Shown here one piece after another: positions 21,325 to 30,646 of a stretch of DNA of 64,000 bases. The position numbers and the translations under genes were made by a program. Where the stretch lies: the NCBI GenBank assembly GCA_050950145.1, contig JBMNHB010000001.1, positions 53,136-117,135 of the forward strand, given 5' to 3'. Source of the stretch: Candidatus Dojkabacteria bacterium. Lineage in GTDB: Bacteria > Patescibacteriota > Dojkabacteria > SC72. How positions within the stretch are numbered: the first letter of the stretch is position 1; the number at the start of each line of letters is the position of its first letter. A model generated the notes under the pieces. The model was not told the DNA's origin and did not search any database. It worked only from the letters and a program-made list of their open reading frames with translations.

Positions 21325-22540
21325 CAATGTAAAAGAGCTACTTTCTAAAGAAACTCAGAGACAGGTAGAGGGATTAGAATTAATTGCCTCTGAAAACTAT
21401 GTTTCTGAAGAAGTACTTGAGTGTATGGGTTCAATTCTTACCAACAAATATTCTGAAGGGTATTCCGGAAAGAGATATTACAATGGAAATGAGTATATTG
21501 ATGAGATAGAAAATATTGCAATAGAAAGAGCAAAGAATCTCTTTGGTGTTGATCATGTTAATGTTCAACCTTACTCTGGTTCTCCTGCAAATCTTGCAGT
21601 TCATTTTGCACTGTTAGAGACTGGTGATAGGACTTTGGGAATGTCTTTAGATGCGGGTGGTCACCTAACACATGGTTTTAAGGTTTCCTTCTCAGGAAAA
21701 TTTTACAACTCAGCTAGTTATGGAGTTAATGATGAAGGATATATTGATTATGATGAGGTTTTAAGAATTGCAAAAGAACATAAACCTAAGTTAATATGGG
21801 CAGGGTTCTCTGCATATTCTAGAGTGATAGATTGGGAGAGGTTTAGAAAGATAGCAGATGAGGTAGGAGCATATTTTGTAGCAGATATTGCTCATGTAGC
21901 CGGTTTAGTTGCAGCAGGTGTATATCCATCTCCAGTACCATATGCAGATGTGATAACTACAACAACACATAAGACGCTTAGAGGCCCTAGAGGGGCAATG
22001 ATTATGTGTAAGGAGGAGTTTGCAGAGAGGATAGATAAAGCTATATTCCCAGGATTACAGGGAGGTCCACATAACCACACAACAGCTGCGATAGCAGTAG
22101 CATTAAAAGAAGCAAGTACAGAAGAATTTAAAGAATATTCAAAACAGGTAGTAACTAATGCAAAGGTTCTAGCCGACTCTTTGAGTAAATTAGGTTACAA
22201 GATAGTATCTGGAGGAACAGATAATCACTTATTCCTTGTTGATGTTTTCTCTTCTGTTAACCTATCTGGTAAAGAAGCAGGTGATATGTTAGATAAAGCG
22301 GGTATTACTGTCAACAAGAATGCTATTCCAAACGATACTAGAAAACCTTGGGATCCATCAGGTATTAGAATTGGTACACCGGCATTGACAACAAGAGGTA
22401 TGAAAGAAAAAGAAATGGAACAAATAGCATCATATATTAATAGAGCACTAACAGAATGTCAGAGTGATAAGGATTTTATGAAATTAAAAGGTGAGATAAA
22501 AGAATTTACTGCCTTATTTAAAATTCCTGGGATAAAATAA
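21311..22540 (+). CDS. glyA: Serine hydroxymethyltransferase
   Basis: LELIASENY..., [16 protein letters not shown]-lysine region; GTG start overlapping the folD end. Confidence 0.95.
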   Translation: MIQDNNVKELLSKETQRQVEGLELIASENYVSEEVLECMGSILTNKYSEGYSGKRYYNGNEYIDEIENIAIERAKNLFGVDHVNVQPYSGSPANLAVHFALLETGDRTLGMSLDAGGHLTHGFKVSFSGKFYNSASYGVNDEGYIDYDEVLRIAKEHKPKLIWAGFSAYSRVIDWERFRKIADEVGAYFVADIAHVAGLVAAGVYPSPVPYADVITTTTHKTLRGPRGAMIMCKEEFAERIDKAIFPGLQGGPHNHTTAAIAVALKEASTEEFKEYSKQVVTNAKVLADSLSKLGYKIVSGGTDNHLFLVDVFSSVNLSGKEAGDMLDKAGITVNKNAIPNDTRKPWDPSGIRIGTPALTTRGMKEKEMEQIASYINRALTECQSDKDFMKLKGEIKEFTALFKIPGIK

Positions 22541-22541
22541 T

Positions 22542-24137
22542 ATGAAAATAGTTTTTAGAAAAGATCTAAATATTGCCACCATTCGTTCTGATTCATTATG
22601 GAACAAGATGGTTGTACATACTCTTTTACAAAACTGTTCTACAAAACAACCATCAATAAATGCATATTTAGGTGCTAGGTATAGTAGGTCTGCTGATTCA
22701 ATAGTAGATATTGCATCAGAGATTATAAATAGTGGTAAAGATGCCTCTGAAAGGTTAGAAAAGATATTTGCTGGATATGGGCATAAGTCTGTAGGGGATA
22801 TGGCAGAGTTATTTGTTTGTATAGAGAATGTTCCAATTATTACAGGTATGAAGTTCTTCTATATGAATCCTGTTATTGCAGGTCAAGAGCGATCTACTAG
22901 ATATCAAAATTTTTCTGATCCTAATTTTGTTAAAATTCCTGCAGAGGTATGTAGTAATCAATCAGTAAGAAAAGAATATGAAAAGATAATATTTAAGCAG
23001 CTTGCAGATTACAAGAGACTTCTTAAGATTACGCGAGAAGAATTATCTAAGATTTTCAAAATTAACGAAGAGAGTCCTCAGGAAGTCTCTGCTTTAAAGG
23101 CAAGGAGTTTTGATGTTGCTAGATATCTTCTTCCTGTGGGATTGAGTACAAGTGATGCTATGGTGATGTCTGCTCGTTGTTGGTCTGAATTTATTGGTTT
23201 TCTCGCAGGGAGTGATAGTGTTGTTGATAATGAAGTAGCTGATTTAGTGTTGAATTTGTTGGGAGATTCTAATATTGATACTAAGGGATATATTCGGGAG
23301 GCAGATAATCTAATTCGTCACACAGAGTCAAATAGTAGTAGAGGTAATTCTACAAAAGAAGTTTTGGAGTATATTGGTAAGACATTAAGTAGGGAACAGG
23401 TTGATTCTATACCTGAGAGTGAAAGTGAGTCTGTTTCTGTAAGTTACTCCCCTGATTTTACAGAATCTTTATTTTCTCATTATGAAGCTTTATTAAATCC
23501 CTTAGGTTCTGTTGATGAGTATGAATTTGATGAAGAAGATCAAGAGAATATTAGTGAGATACTTTTTGAGAATCATAATCATCATAATACAATTGGGAAT
23601 ATTGGACAGAGTGGTGCAGTTAAAATAGAGGGTTTTGCTACATTAGGAACGTTAAAGGATTTGAATAGGCATAGGAGTTTGGAGAGGTTTATACCTTTAT
23701 TACATGATGAGGTAGATATGGATCAGGAGTTGGATAGAAGAAATGATGAATGTTTTTATCTATGTAATTATCTTGATATTCCAAGCTTAAAGAATTTAAA
23801 GTCTGAGTACAAGAAAGCCTTGTCAGAAACATATGAGATGATAAAGGAGTGGAGAAGTAATGCTAAGGAATATCTTTCTGAGGAAGTATGTGATGAGTTC
23901 ACTAAATATCTACTACCACATGCTCATACAACTAAGTATATGATGTATGGTTCTTTTGATGATTTACAATATGTTGTTAATTTAAGAATAAGGAATGGGG
24001 GACATATAGCATATAGAGTGGTGGTACATGAGTGGTTAAAGAAGTTAGGAATACAAGACCCTATATGGAGAGGTTTACAGAAGAGGCTCAAAGCACCAAA
24101 AGTTGATGATAAATTTGAATTTGTAGATAGGTCATAA
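22542..24137 (+). CDS. thyX: Flavin-dependent thymidylate synthase ThyX, tandem-duplicated (two ThyX-like repeats, 531 aa)
   Basis: Repeat 1 has ERSTRY (like ELSGRY) and ARYLLPVGL...SARCW, but no RHR. Repeat 2 has LNRHRS and TKYLLPHAH...VVNLRIRNGGH (like NLRADSHAQ). Located between glyA and dcd. Confidence 0.6.
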   Translation: MKIVFRKDLNIATIRSDSLWNKMVVHTLLQNCSTKQPSINAYLGARYSRSADSIVDIASEIINSGKDASERLEKIFAGYGHKSVGDMAELFVCIENVPIITGMKFFYMNPVIAGQERSTRYQNFSDPNFVKIPAEVCSNQSVRKEYEKIIFKQLADYKRLLKITREELSKIFKINEESPQEVSALKARSFDVARYLLPVGLSTSDAMVMSARCWSEFIGFLAGSDSVVDNEVADLVLNLLGDSNIDTKGYIREADNLIRHTESNSSRGNSTKEVLEYIGKTLSREQVDSIPESESESVSVSYSPDFTESLFSHYEALLNPLGSVDEYEFDEEDQENISEILFENHNHHNTIGNIGQSGAVKIEGFATLGTLKDLNRHRSLERFIPLLHDEVDMDQELDRRNDECFYLCNYLDIPSLKNLKSEYKKALSETYEMIKEWRSNAKEYLSEEVCDEFTKYLLPHAHTTKYMMYGSFDDLQYVVNLRIRNGGHIAYRVVVHEWLKKLGIQDPIWRGLQKRLKAPKVDDKFEFVDRS

Positions 24138-24167
24138 TTTTATTAAATAATTTCATTTTTTATTTAA

Positions 24168-24731
24168 ATGATTCTTTCAGATAAAAGTATAAAAAGGGCG
24201 ATAAAAAATGGGAATATAAGTATAGACCCATTCTCAGAGGAGTTTTTGCAGCCAGCATCATATGATTTACGCTTAGATAGATATTTTCTTGTTTTTAAAG
24301 AAGGTGAAGATCTGTTAATAGATGTAAAAAAAAGAACAGATGATTTAATGGATAGTATCGACATAGGAGAAGGTGGCTCTTTTATACTGAATCCAGGTCA
24401 GTTTGCATTGGCTAATGTAAAAGAAATAACAGGAGTAGATTCAAAGCATGTTGGTAGGTTAGAAGGGAAGAGCTCTTTAGCTAGAATAGGCTTACTTATA
24501 CATGCTACTGCAGGTTTCTTAGATCCTGGCAATAAATTGAGATTAACATTGGAGTTAGTTAATACATCTCCTTTGCCAATAAAAATTTATGAAGATATGA
24601 AAATAGCCCAAATAGCTTTTGAAGAGTTAGACAGTGATTGTGAAAGACCTTACGGTAGTAAAGAGCTTAACAGCAAATACACAGGAGACCAAAAGGCAAA
24701 AGCAAGTCAAATGTGGAAGAATTTTAAATAA
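24168..24731 (+). CDS. dcd: dCTP deaminase
   Basis: MILSDKSIKRAI...SYDLRL N-terminus and dCTP deaminase/dUTPase fold motifs. Confidence 0.9.
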   Translation: MILSDKSIKRAIKNGNISIDPFSEEFLQPASYDLRLDRYFLVFKEGEDLLIDVKKRTDDLMDSIDIGEGGSFILNPGQFALANVKEITGVDSKHVGRLEGKSSLARIGLLIHATAGFLDPGNKLRLTLELVNTSPLPIKIYEDMKIAQIAFEELDSDCERPYGSKELNSKYTGDQKAKASQMWKNFK

Positions 24732-24734
24732 CTT

Positions 24735-26066
24735 CTATATTCCTGTTGGTGGTGTCATGTTTTCGTTTGTTGTAGGTTGTTCAGGTTCTATGTTGTTCTC
24801 TACACTAGTAGGAATATTATTAATCTCCATATTTACAGCATTTTGTAGATCATTGTCCATTGGAGATGTTGTATCTGCTTGAGTAACTACAGATTCTATT
24901 GGTTGTTCAGTTGATCCTAAATTGGGAGATGCTAGATTATCTGTTTCTACTTCAAGAGGTGAAGTTGATCCTACATCAGGTAAACCTCCTTCAGTCACAT
25001 TTGCAGAGTAGTTACCACTAAGTGACCCATTTATTATGGAAGATGTATTAGCATTTGCTTCTTGTACTTCTTGTATAGGTTGTTGTGGAAGCGTTACCTG
25101 TTCCTCTGAAGGTATTGTATTTGGTGTGTCTGTAGGAGTACTTGTAACCATACTAGGATTTTCACTTTTTAAGAGTTCTTCTAAGTCTGCTTGCTCATTT
25201 GGTGTAGAAGAAGCAGGTGATGTCTCAGGAACTGTTGGTACCTGTTCTGTAGTTTGTTCAGGAGCTTGTGTTGGCTGATTTATCATCTCCGCTAATGTTG
25301 GTTTTGACTGGGCAATATTATCTTGCATAGTTTCATTCTGTAGATTCTGTGGAATGTTCTTAAAGTCAACAGGTTGTTGAGTTGGTTGTGGAGTAGGCTG
25401 AGTCGGTTGTGGAGGCATAACAGATGCAGGAACATCAGTTAGCACGACATTATCCTTTTTCATTGTGACCGACAGTACAATAATGATAATGAAAAATATA
25501 CCAGCAACTCCTAGTAATATATATGGTAGATAAGCCATAATTTTATTATCTTTTTGAGCCGTTGTTTCTGACATTGTAGTAGTGATCTCCTGTGTGGTTA
25601 GTTGTGTTGGAGAGGTTTCTGTATCATCATTAGTAGTAGAATCTTTTATATTATCTCCGACATTTGTTACCGAATCTATTGTTAAATCACCTATCTGAGA
25701 CTCTTCTTGCATTATTGTAAATTTATAATCATCGGATGATGAGGTAAATAGAATAGTAGCTATTAATCCTTGTACAGGTTGATTAGAAGGTAATGTACAT
25801 ACTATCTCTGAAGAACTATCACTTGGCACGTAAGAAAAAGTTGAGCAAGATATGTCTGACTCTACAATATCTGTAATAGTTACATTTTCGGAGTGTTGTA
25901 TTATGATTTTTACATTCTCTGTAGATTCAGATTTTGTATCAATTGAAACAGCAATAGATTTTTTAGTAGAACTAGAAGTTTCTTGTAGTTTAAGTTCTGC
26001 AGCATAACTCAAATTAACGAAGGTAAATAAAAAAAGTATAGAAAAGAAAATAGCGATATTTTTCAT
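24735..26066 (-). CDS. Secreted/membrane protein with signal peptide, central TM helix and Thr/Pro/Gln-rich low-complexity regions
   Basis: N-terminal signal (..VNLSYAAE), TM (ILLGVAGIFFIIIIVLSV), PTQPTPQPTQQP repeats. Confidence 0.4.
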   Translation of the reverse strand: MKNIAIFFSILFLFTFVNLSYAAELKLQETSSSTKKSIAVSIDTKSESTENVKIIIQHSENVTITDIVESDISCSTFSYVPSDSSSEIVCTLPSNQPVQGLIATILFTSSSDDYKFTIMQEESQIGDLTIDSVTNVGDNIKDSTTNDDTETSPTQLTTQEITTTMSETTAQKDNKIMAYLPYILLGVAGIFFIIIIVLSVTMKKDNVVLTDVPASVMPPQPTQPTPQPTQQPVDFKNIPQNLQNETMQDNIAQSKPTLAEMINQPTQAPEQTTEQVPTVPETSPASSTPNEQADLEELLKSENPSMVTSTPTDTPNTIPSEEQVTLPQQPIQEVQEANANTSSIINGSLSGNYSANVTEGGLPDVGSTSPLEVETDNLASPNLGSTEQPIESVVTQADTTSPMDNDLQNAVNMEINNIPTSVENNIEPEQPTTNENMTPPTGI

Positions 26067-26164
26067 CTAAAGGCAGTTTAAAATTATCTATAAAAGAGTA
26101 CCATGATGGGATGATGATGTCAAAGAGTTTGACTTAATTGTAATGAATATATACACTTAAAGTT

Positions 26165-27349
26165 ATGGAATATCCCATGAGTAACAAACTGCCTACCTCT
26201 GGAGTTGATGAAAGTATAGATGAAGTTCTTGCATTAGAGAACAAACTTCTATCTTCGTCTGCTCCTCATGACTTAAAGGAAGAATCTAAGCTCTCTATAG
26301 ATAGGCTCAAAAGGATGATTCGTATGGGTGGGTATAGTAGTGAATTTGAAACTGTAAGTAAGTATATAGATTGGATTGTAAGAGTACCTTGGAACTCATT
26401 TTCTGAAGATGTTTTAGATATTGTAAGTGCAAAAAAAATCATGGATAGTACACATTATGGTATGGAATCTATTAAAAACCTCATCCTTGATTATTTAGCA
26501 TCTATGCAATTGAAAAAAGAAAATTATCAAAAGAGAGATGTTATTCCTACCCAGTTTCAAGTAGGAGTAGAAGAAAATATTCAGAATAGACCAGTTGTTA
26601 AAGTTGAGAAACAGAAAATCTATACACCAGTATTTCTTTTTGTTGGTTTGCAAGGTGTAGGTAAAACATCTATAGCGAGGTCTATTGCACAATCAATGAA
26701 TAGGAAGTTTGCAAGAATCTCTCTTGGTGCTATTGGTGATGTAAGAACTTTAAGGGGAACCCCAAGGTATTCAATTGATGGTGAACCAGGACAGATAGTA
26801 AAATCTCTGATTAGATGTGGTACTATGAACCCTGTTATTCTTTTGGACGAAATTGAGAAATCTAGTGCTAATACAGGTCTTCTTAATGATGTGATGGCAA
26901 CCCTTTTGGAGATTTTAGACCCAGAGCAAAATACATCTTTCATAGATCATTATATTGATTATCCAATTGATTTATCTAATGTAATGTTTATTTGTACCGC
27001 AAATAATTTAGGAGGGCTTTCTGCTGCTTTGTTAGATAGGGTAGAAGTAATTAGGTTTACCAGTTATTCAGATGAGGAGAAGAAAGTAATTGCGAAGCAG
27101 TATATTCTTCCTGAGGTATTAGAAGAATATAATTTAACATCAAATGAAATTCAAATTTCTGATGATATATGGTTATCAGTTATCAGACCTGTAGGTTTTG
27201 ATGCTGGTATTAGACAGTTAGAAAGAAATATTGCAACCATGATAAGGAGTGCAGCGAGAAAAATTGTAGAAGGTAGTCCAACTCCGATAAGTATCAATAA
27301 TGAGAATCTTTCAGAATTTCTTACTGTTGATCAAGGTCCTCTTAGTTAG
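26165..27349 (+). CDS. Lon-type AAA+ ATPase module without LON N-domain or S16 protease domain
   Basis: Collinear with the Lon AAA+ region: YIDWIVRVPWN, HYGMESIKNLILDYLA, GLQGVGKTS (Walker A; Lon has GPPGVGKTS), ILLDEIEK (Walker B), FICTANN, LLDRVEVIRFTSYSDEEK. ORF stops ~30 aa after the AAA+ lid. Confidence 0.8.
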   Translation: MEYPMSNKLPTSGVDESIDEVLALENKLLSSSAPHDLKEESKLSIDRLKRMIRMGGYSSEFETVSKYIDWIVRVPWNSFSEDVLDIVSAKKIMDSTHYGMESIKNLILDYLASMQLKKENYQKRDVIPTQFQVGVEENIQNRPVVKVEKQKIYTPVFLFVGLQGVGKTSIARSIAQSMNRKFARISLGAIGDVRTLRGTPRYSIDGEPGQIVKSLIRCGTMNPVILLDEIEKSSANTGLLNDVMATLLEILDPEQNTSFIDHYIDYPIDLSNVMFICTANNLGGLSAALLDRVEVIRFTSYSDEEKKVIAKQYILPEVLEEYNLTSNEIQISDDIWLSVIRPVGFDAGIRQLERNIATMIRSAARKIVEGSPTPISINNENLSEFLTVDQGPLS

Positions 27350-27354
27350 TAGTT

Positions 27355-27621
27355 TTATACACCTTTAAAAGGATTTTTTAGTTGTAATGCAGATATAGCT
27401 CTTGATATTTGTGGGTTTTTTACTGATTTTGCTATATTAGATCTGTAATTACTTTTCTCTTCTGCTTTAAGTAATTGTTCTAAATCCGAACTTTTGGCTT
27501 CTTCTGTTAATGATTTTGTATCAACAGCTTGTGTTACAAGATATAGTTCTTCTTGTATTTTTTCAGGTTCTTTTTTAGTTGTTTTTTTATTAAAGAAACT
27601 AAACATTTTTATCTTCTTCAT
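27355..27621 (-). CDS. Small hypothetical protein, last gene of the VirB4 operon
   Basis: 88-aa ORF overlapping the virB4 3' end by 23 nt. Confidence 0.25.
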   Translation of the reverse strand: MKKIKMFSFFNKKTTKKEPEKIQEELYLVTQAVDTKSLTEEAKSSDLEQLLKAEEKSNYRSNIAKSVKNPQISRAISALQLKNPFKGV

Positions 27622-30010
27622 TAGGGTAACTTTCTGTATAGCCCTGTGGTGTTAAATGTTTCTTACCTTTTTGTATATCTTTCCTAGAACTCACAACTTG
27701 TCCTGTTAGGGTCTTTTGACTCAACTCATCTATGAATGTCTTTTGACTTTTATATTTATCTGGATTTATCACCTTTTCTTGTTCAACTAACCTTTTTTCT
27801 AACTCTTCTTGATATTTTATTCTTTCATCCAAGAGCATCTCTCTCTGTTTTTCTTTAGCCTCTATAGCTTCCATGATAATTTCGCTTTCTCTTGTACTAC
27901 TATCTCGTATAGGTTGTTGTACTGCTGGAGGATCATATATTTGAGCTAATTCTTGAACTGTTCTTGTGTCTGTTATACCTTCTTTTTCTTTGAGTCTTTC
28001 TAAATCTTTAGGGTCAGATGTAATAATTTCATGCTCAGCAACACTTGATAATACTTGAATACCAACATGGTTTTGTCCTGCAAAAAATAATCCTTGTCCT
28101 TTATCACAGTTTAATAGGTAATTTCTTTCTCCATCTGATAAGTTGAAAACTTTTTGTAGTAGTTCAACAGCAGAAGGGCTTTGTTTCATTAGCATTTGTA
28201 TTGAAGAGTTAGAGATAATTGCTTTTCCCATTTCATTTCCTAAGAAATCTGCAACATCTTGTGTAATTGTTGATAACCCTAGATAATATTTTCTAGCTCT
28301 TTTAGCAATAGTGTACATAAATTTAGCTGAATCCTCCGATTGCATCATATACCAAGCTTCATCAACAATTAATAATCTTCTTTTTCTATCTTTTCTAATT
28401 CTTGTCCAGATAAAGTCCAACATTAGGTACATAGCTAGTGGTTTTAGTTCATCCTGTAAATCTCTGATACTGAATACTGTGAATGGATTATTAATCTCAA
28501 AGTTACTTGCTTCATTAAATACTCCTGCACCACTTCCTATAATGTATTTTTCAAGCCTTCTTGCTAAACCATGTGCTTCTGTTTCAGCCATACCTTTAAG
28601 GACTTTGTATAAATCTTCAAGTAAAGGAGGTGTTTTGGTCTGAGTTTTAACATCAAATGTTATACCTTTTTCTTTGTATGTCAGAGATAAAGCTCTATCT
28701 AATATAGAATCTTCAATATTTGTTATTCCTTCAAATAGTACTTTGAAAAACCCATGAAGTGATAATAGTTTCATTCTTAACTCATCATCTCCTTCTTCTG
28801 TTACTCCTGAAAGTTCAAAAGGATTCATTTTGTGTCCCTTATCTTGTGAGAAAGAGATATAAGCTCCATTAACAGCTTTTGCTAAATTCTCATACTCTCT
28901 TTCTGGGTCAATTATGATAATCTCGGTTCCTAGCATTAAACTTCTAATAGCTTCAAGTTTAACGAAGTAACTTTTTCCTGCACCAGATTTTGCAAATATT
29001 ACTGCATTTGCATTTTCTAATTCAAACCTATCAAATACAATCAAACTCTTGTTGTGCATATTTAATCCATACATAATCCCATGATCCATTGTTAATTCCG
29101 AAGTAACAAATGGAAAAGTAGTAGCTAATGAAGTAGTATCCATATTTCTAGTTATGAAGAGGTTGTCTATTCCTAATGGTTGTGTACTTATGAATGCTTG
29201 TTCTTGTTGTAAGGTTGCAGGTTTAGCTGTTACATTCATTGCTGCAAATGTAGATATGACATTTCTTGATATCTTTTCCAATTCTTCTTTGTTGTTAGCA
29301 TAGAGGGTTACATACATGGAGAAATGGAAGAATTTCTCTGTTCCTTCTGCAATAGAGTCTTGTAACATTTGTGCGTCTGAGAGAGCAACTTTAAGTGATG
29401 GATCTATGACTTTTCTATCCTCCATCTGAGTGTAGAGTGTAGCTTCCATCTCACCTATCTTCTTTTTTAATTTTTCTAGAATGGTTTTAGAATCTACTGG
29501 ATAGTAGAATGTACTAATTCTTAATGAGTGCTCAAAGTTGATAATAGGAGATAACCAGTTAGGTCCTACGAATCTGGGATACCCACTTACGAATAGTGTT
29601 CTAAAGTAATATCCTCCCATCTGCAAATGAGTGAAATCAATTTCCATATCAATAGGGGCGAGTAAGTCCTGCATTGACATCTTTGTATCAACACCAATAC
29701 TACTATCAATACTTTGTACTTCTTCTTTAGGTACTTCTTGTACCTTATCTTCTTCTTTCTTTTCCTTACTTTTTTTGTTTTTTCCAGTGATTATGTCTAA
29801 TAGCTGAAATATAGGGTTAACCTTTTTCTTCTTCTCTTCATTTGTGTCTACAAACTCCTCTATTGGAACAAATGGTTTATCCATCTTATCACTAGGTTCT
29901 ACCTTTATCTGTTCTTTAAAGGTAGTATACTTCTCCTGTGCTGTTTGTAGCTTTTTTTGTCTTTCCATCATCATATTGCTAGTTTTACTTGTAATATTGT
30001 TGTTTTCCAT
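27599..30010 (-). CDS. virB4: Type IV secretion/conjugation ATPase, VirB4/TrbE/CagE family (Gram-positive TcpF/PrgJ-like)
   Basis: YFRTLFVSGYPRFV...WL pattern; Walker A AKSGAGKSY; NPF; Walker B LLIVDEAWYMM; RKYYLGLSTITQDVADF. K/E-rich ~110 aa N-terminal linker and ~130 aa coiled-coil C-terminal extension. Confidence 0.85.
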   Translation of the reverse strand: MENNNITSKTSNMMMERQKKLQTAQEKYTTFKEQIKVEPSDKMDKPFVPIEEFVDTNEEKKKKVNPIFQLLDIITGKNKKSKEKKEEDKVQEVPKEEVQSIDSSIGVDTKMSMQDLLAPIDMEIDFTHLQMGGYYFRTLFVSGYPRFVGPNWLSPIINFEHSLRISTFYYPVDSKTILEKLKKKIGEMEATLYTQMEDRKVIDPSLKVALSDAQMLQDSIAEGTEKFFHFSMYVTLYANNKEELEKISRNVISTFAAMNVTAKPATLQQEQAFISTQPLGIDNLFITRNMDTTSLATTFPFVTSELTMDHGIMYGLNMHNKSLIVFDRFELENANAVIFAKSGAGKSYFVKLEAIRSLMLGTEIIIIDPEREYENLAKAVNGAYISFSQDKGHKMNPFELSGVTEEGDDELRMKLLSLHGFFKVLFEGITNIEDSILDRALSLTYKEKGITFDVKTQTKTPPLLEDLYKVLKGMAETEAHGLARRLEKYIIGSGAGVFNEASNFEINNPFTVFSIRDLQDELKPLAMYLMLDFIWTRIRKDRKRRLLIVDEAWYMMQSEDSAKFMYTIAKRARKYYLGLSTITQDVADFLGNEMGKAIISNSSIQMLMKQSPSAVELLQKVFNLSDGERNYLLNCDKGQGLFFAGQNHVGIQVLSSVAEHEIITSDPKDLERLKEKEGITDTRTVQELAQIYDPPAVQQPIRDSSTRESEIIMEAIEAKEKQREMLLDERIKYQEELEKRLVEQEKVINPDKYKSQKTFIDELSQKTLTGQVVSSRKDIQKGKKHLTPQGYTESYPNEEDKNV

Positions 30011-30645
30011 TAATCTTCTTCAGGGTTATATGATGTATACAGTTCTGTTATTAACTCTTTTGTAGTTAATTGATGTCCGAAAAGTCCCATCCTTCCTAGT
30101 TGTTTTATTATATGATCCCTTTTAGGGTATAGGAATATTTTAGCTTTTTCTATTAATTGGTCCATTTTTATATTCCTATTTTGTTCTTCCTCTTCTTTGC
30201 TTTTCTTCTTTTTCAATATGGATGTTTCCGGTATTATAGATCCAGTATGATAGGGAACTATGATAAAAAAACTTTTATCTAGAACATCATTCTGTACGAT
30301 TAAATTTTTCACAAATGTTATGTATATGTTTAATTGTTTTTTTAATCCCTCACTCATAGCTTGTTGTTCTTGTGATTGTAGATAGGTAATGTAGTTGGTA
30401 ATATCTATCCTTTTTGTTCTAATCATTATCTGGATACGAAAATTCAAGGAATTCAGTAATCCTGCAAAAGCAAGTATCTTATTATCTTGTTCATACTCTG
30501 CAAGTAAATCAAAATTAATAGCAGATGTTTGTATTACCATCGCAACACTTCCATTTTTATTTATCACCAAGTCATCACGAATATCTCGTACCGCTAGATG
30601 ATCTTGTGTTGATGCTGTTGCTCTTGCTCTTGCATTTCTATCCAT
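30010..30645 (-). CDS. VirB4 N-terminal domain encoded as a separate, translationally coupled ORF
   Basis: IRDDLVINKNGSVAMVIQTSAINFDLLAEYEQDNKILAFAGLLNSL...RIQI matches the conserved N-terminal domain of Gram-positive VirB4 ATPases; stop/start overlap TAATG with virB4. Confidence 0.55.
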   Translation of the reverse strand: MDRNARARATASTQDHLAVRDIRDDLVINKNGSVAMVIQTSAINFDLLAEYEQDNKILAFAGLLNSLNFRIQIMIRTKRIDITNYITYLQSQEQQAMSEGLKKQLNIYITFVKNLIVQNDVLDKSFFIIVPYHTGSIIPETSILKKKKSKEEEEQNRNIKMDQLIEKAKIFLYPKRDHIIKQLGRMGLFGHQLTTKELITELYTSYNPEED

Positions 30646-30646
30646 T

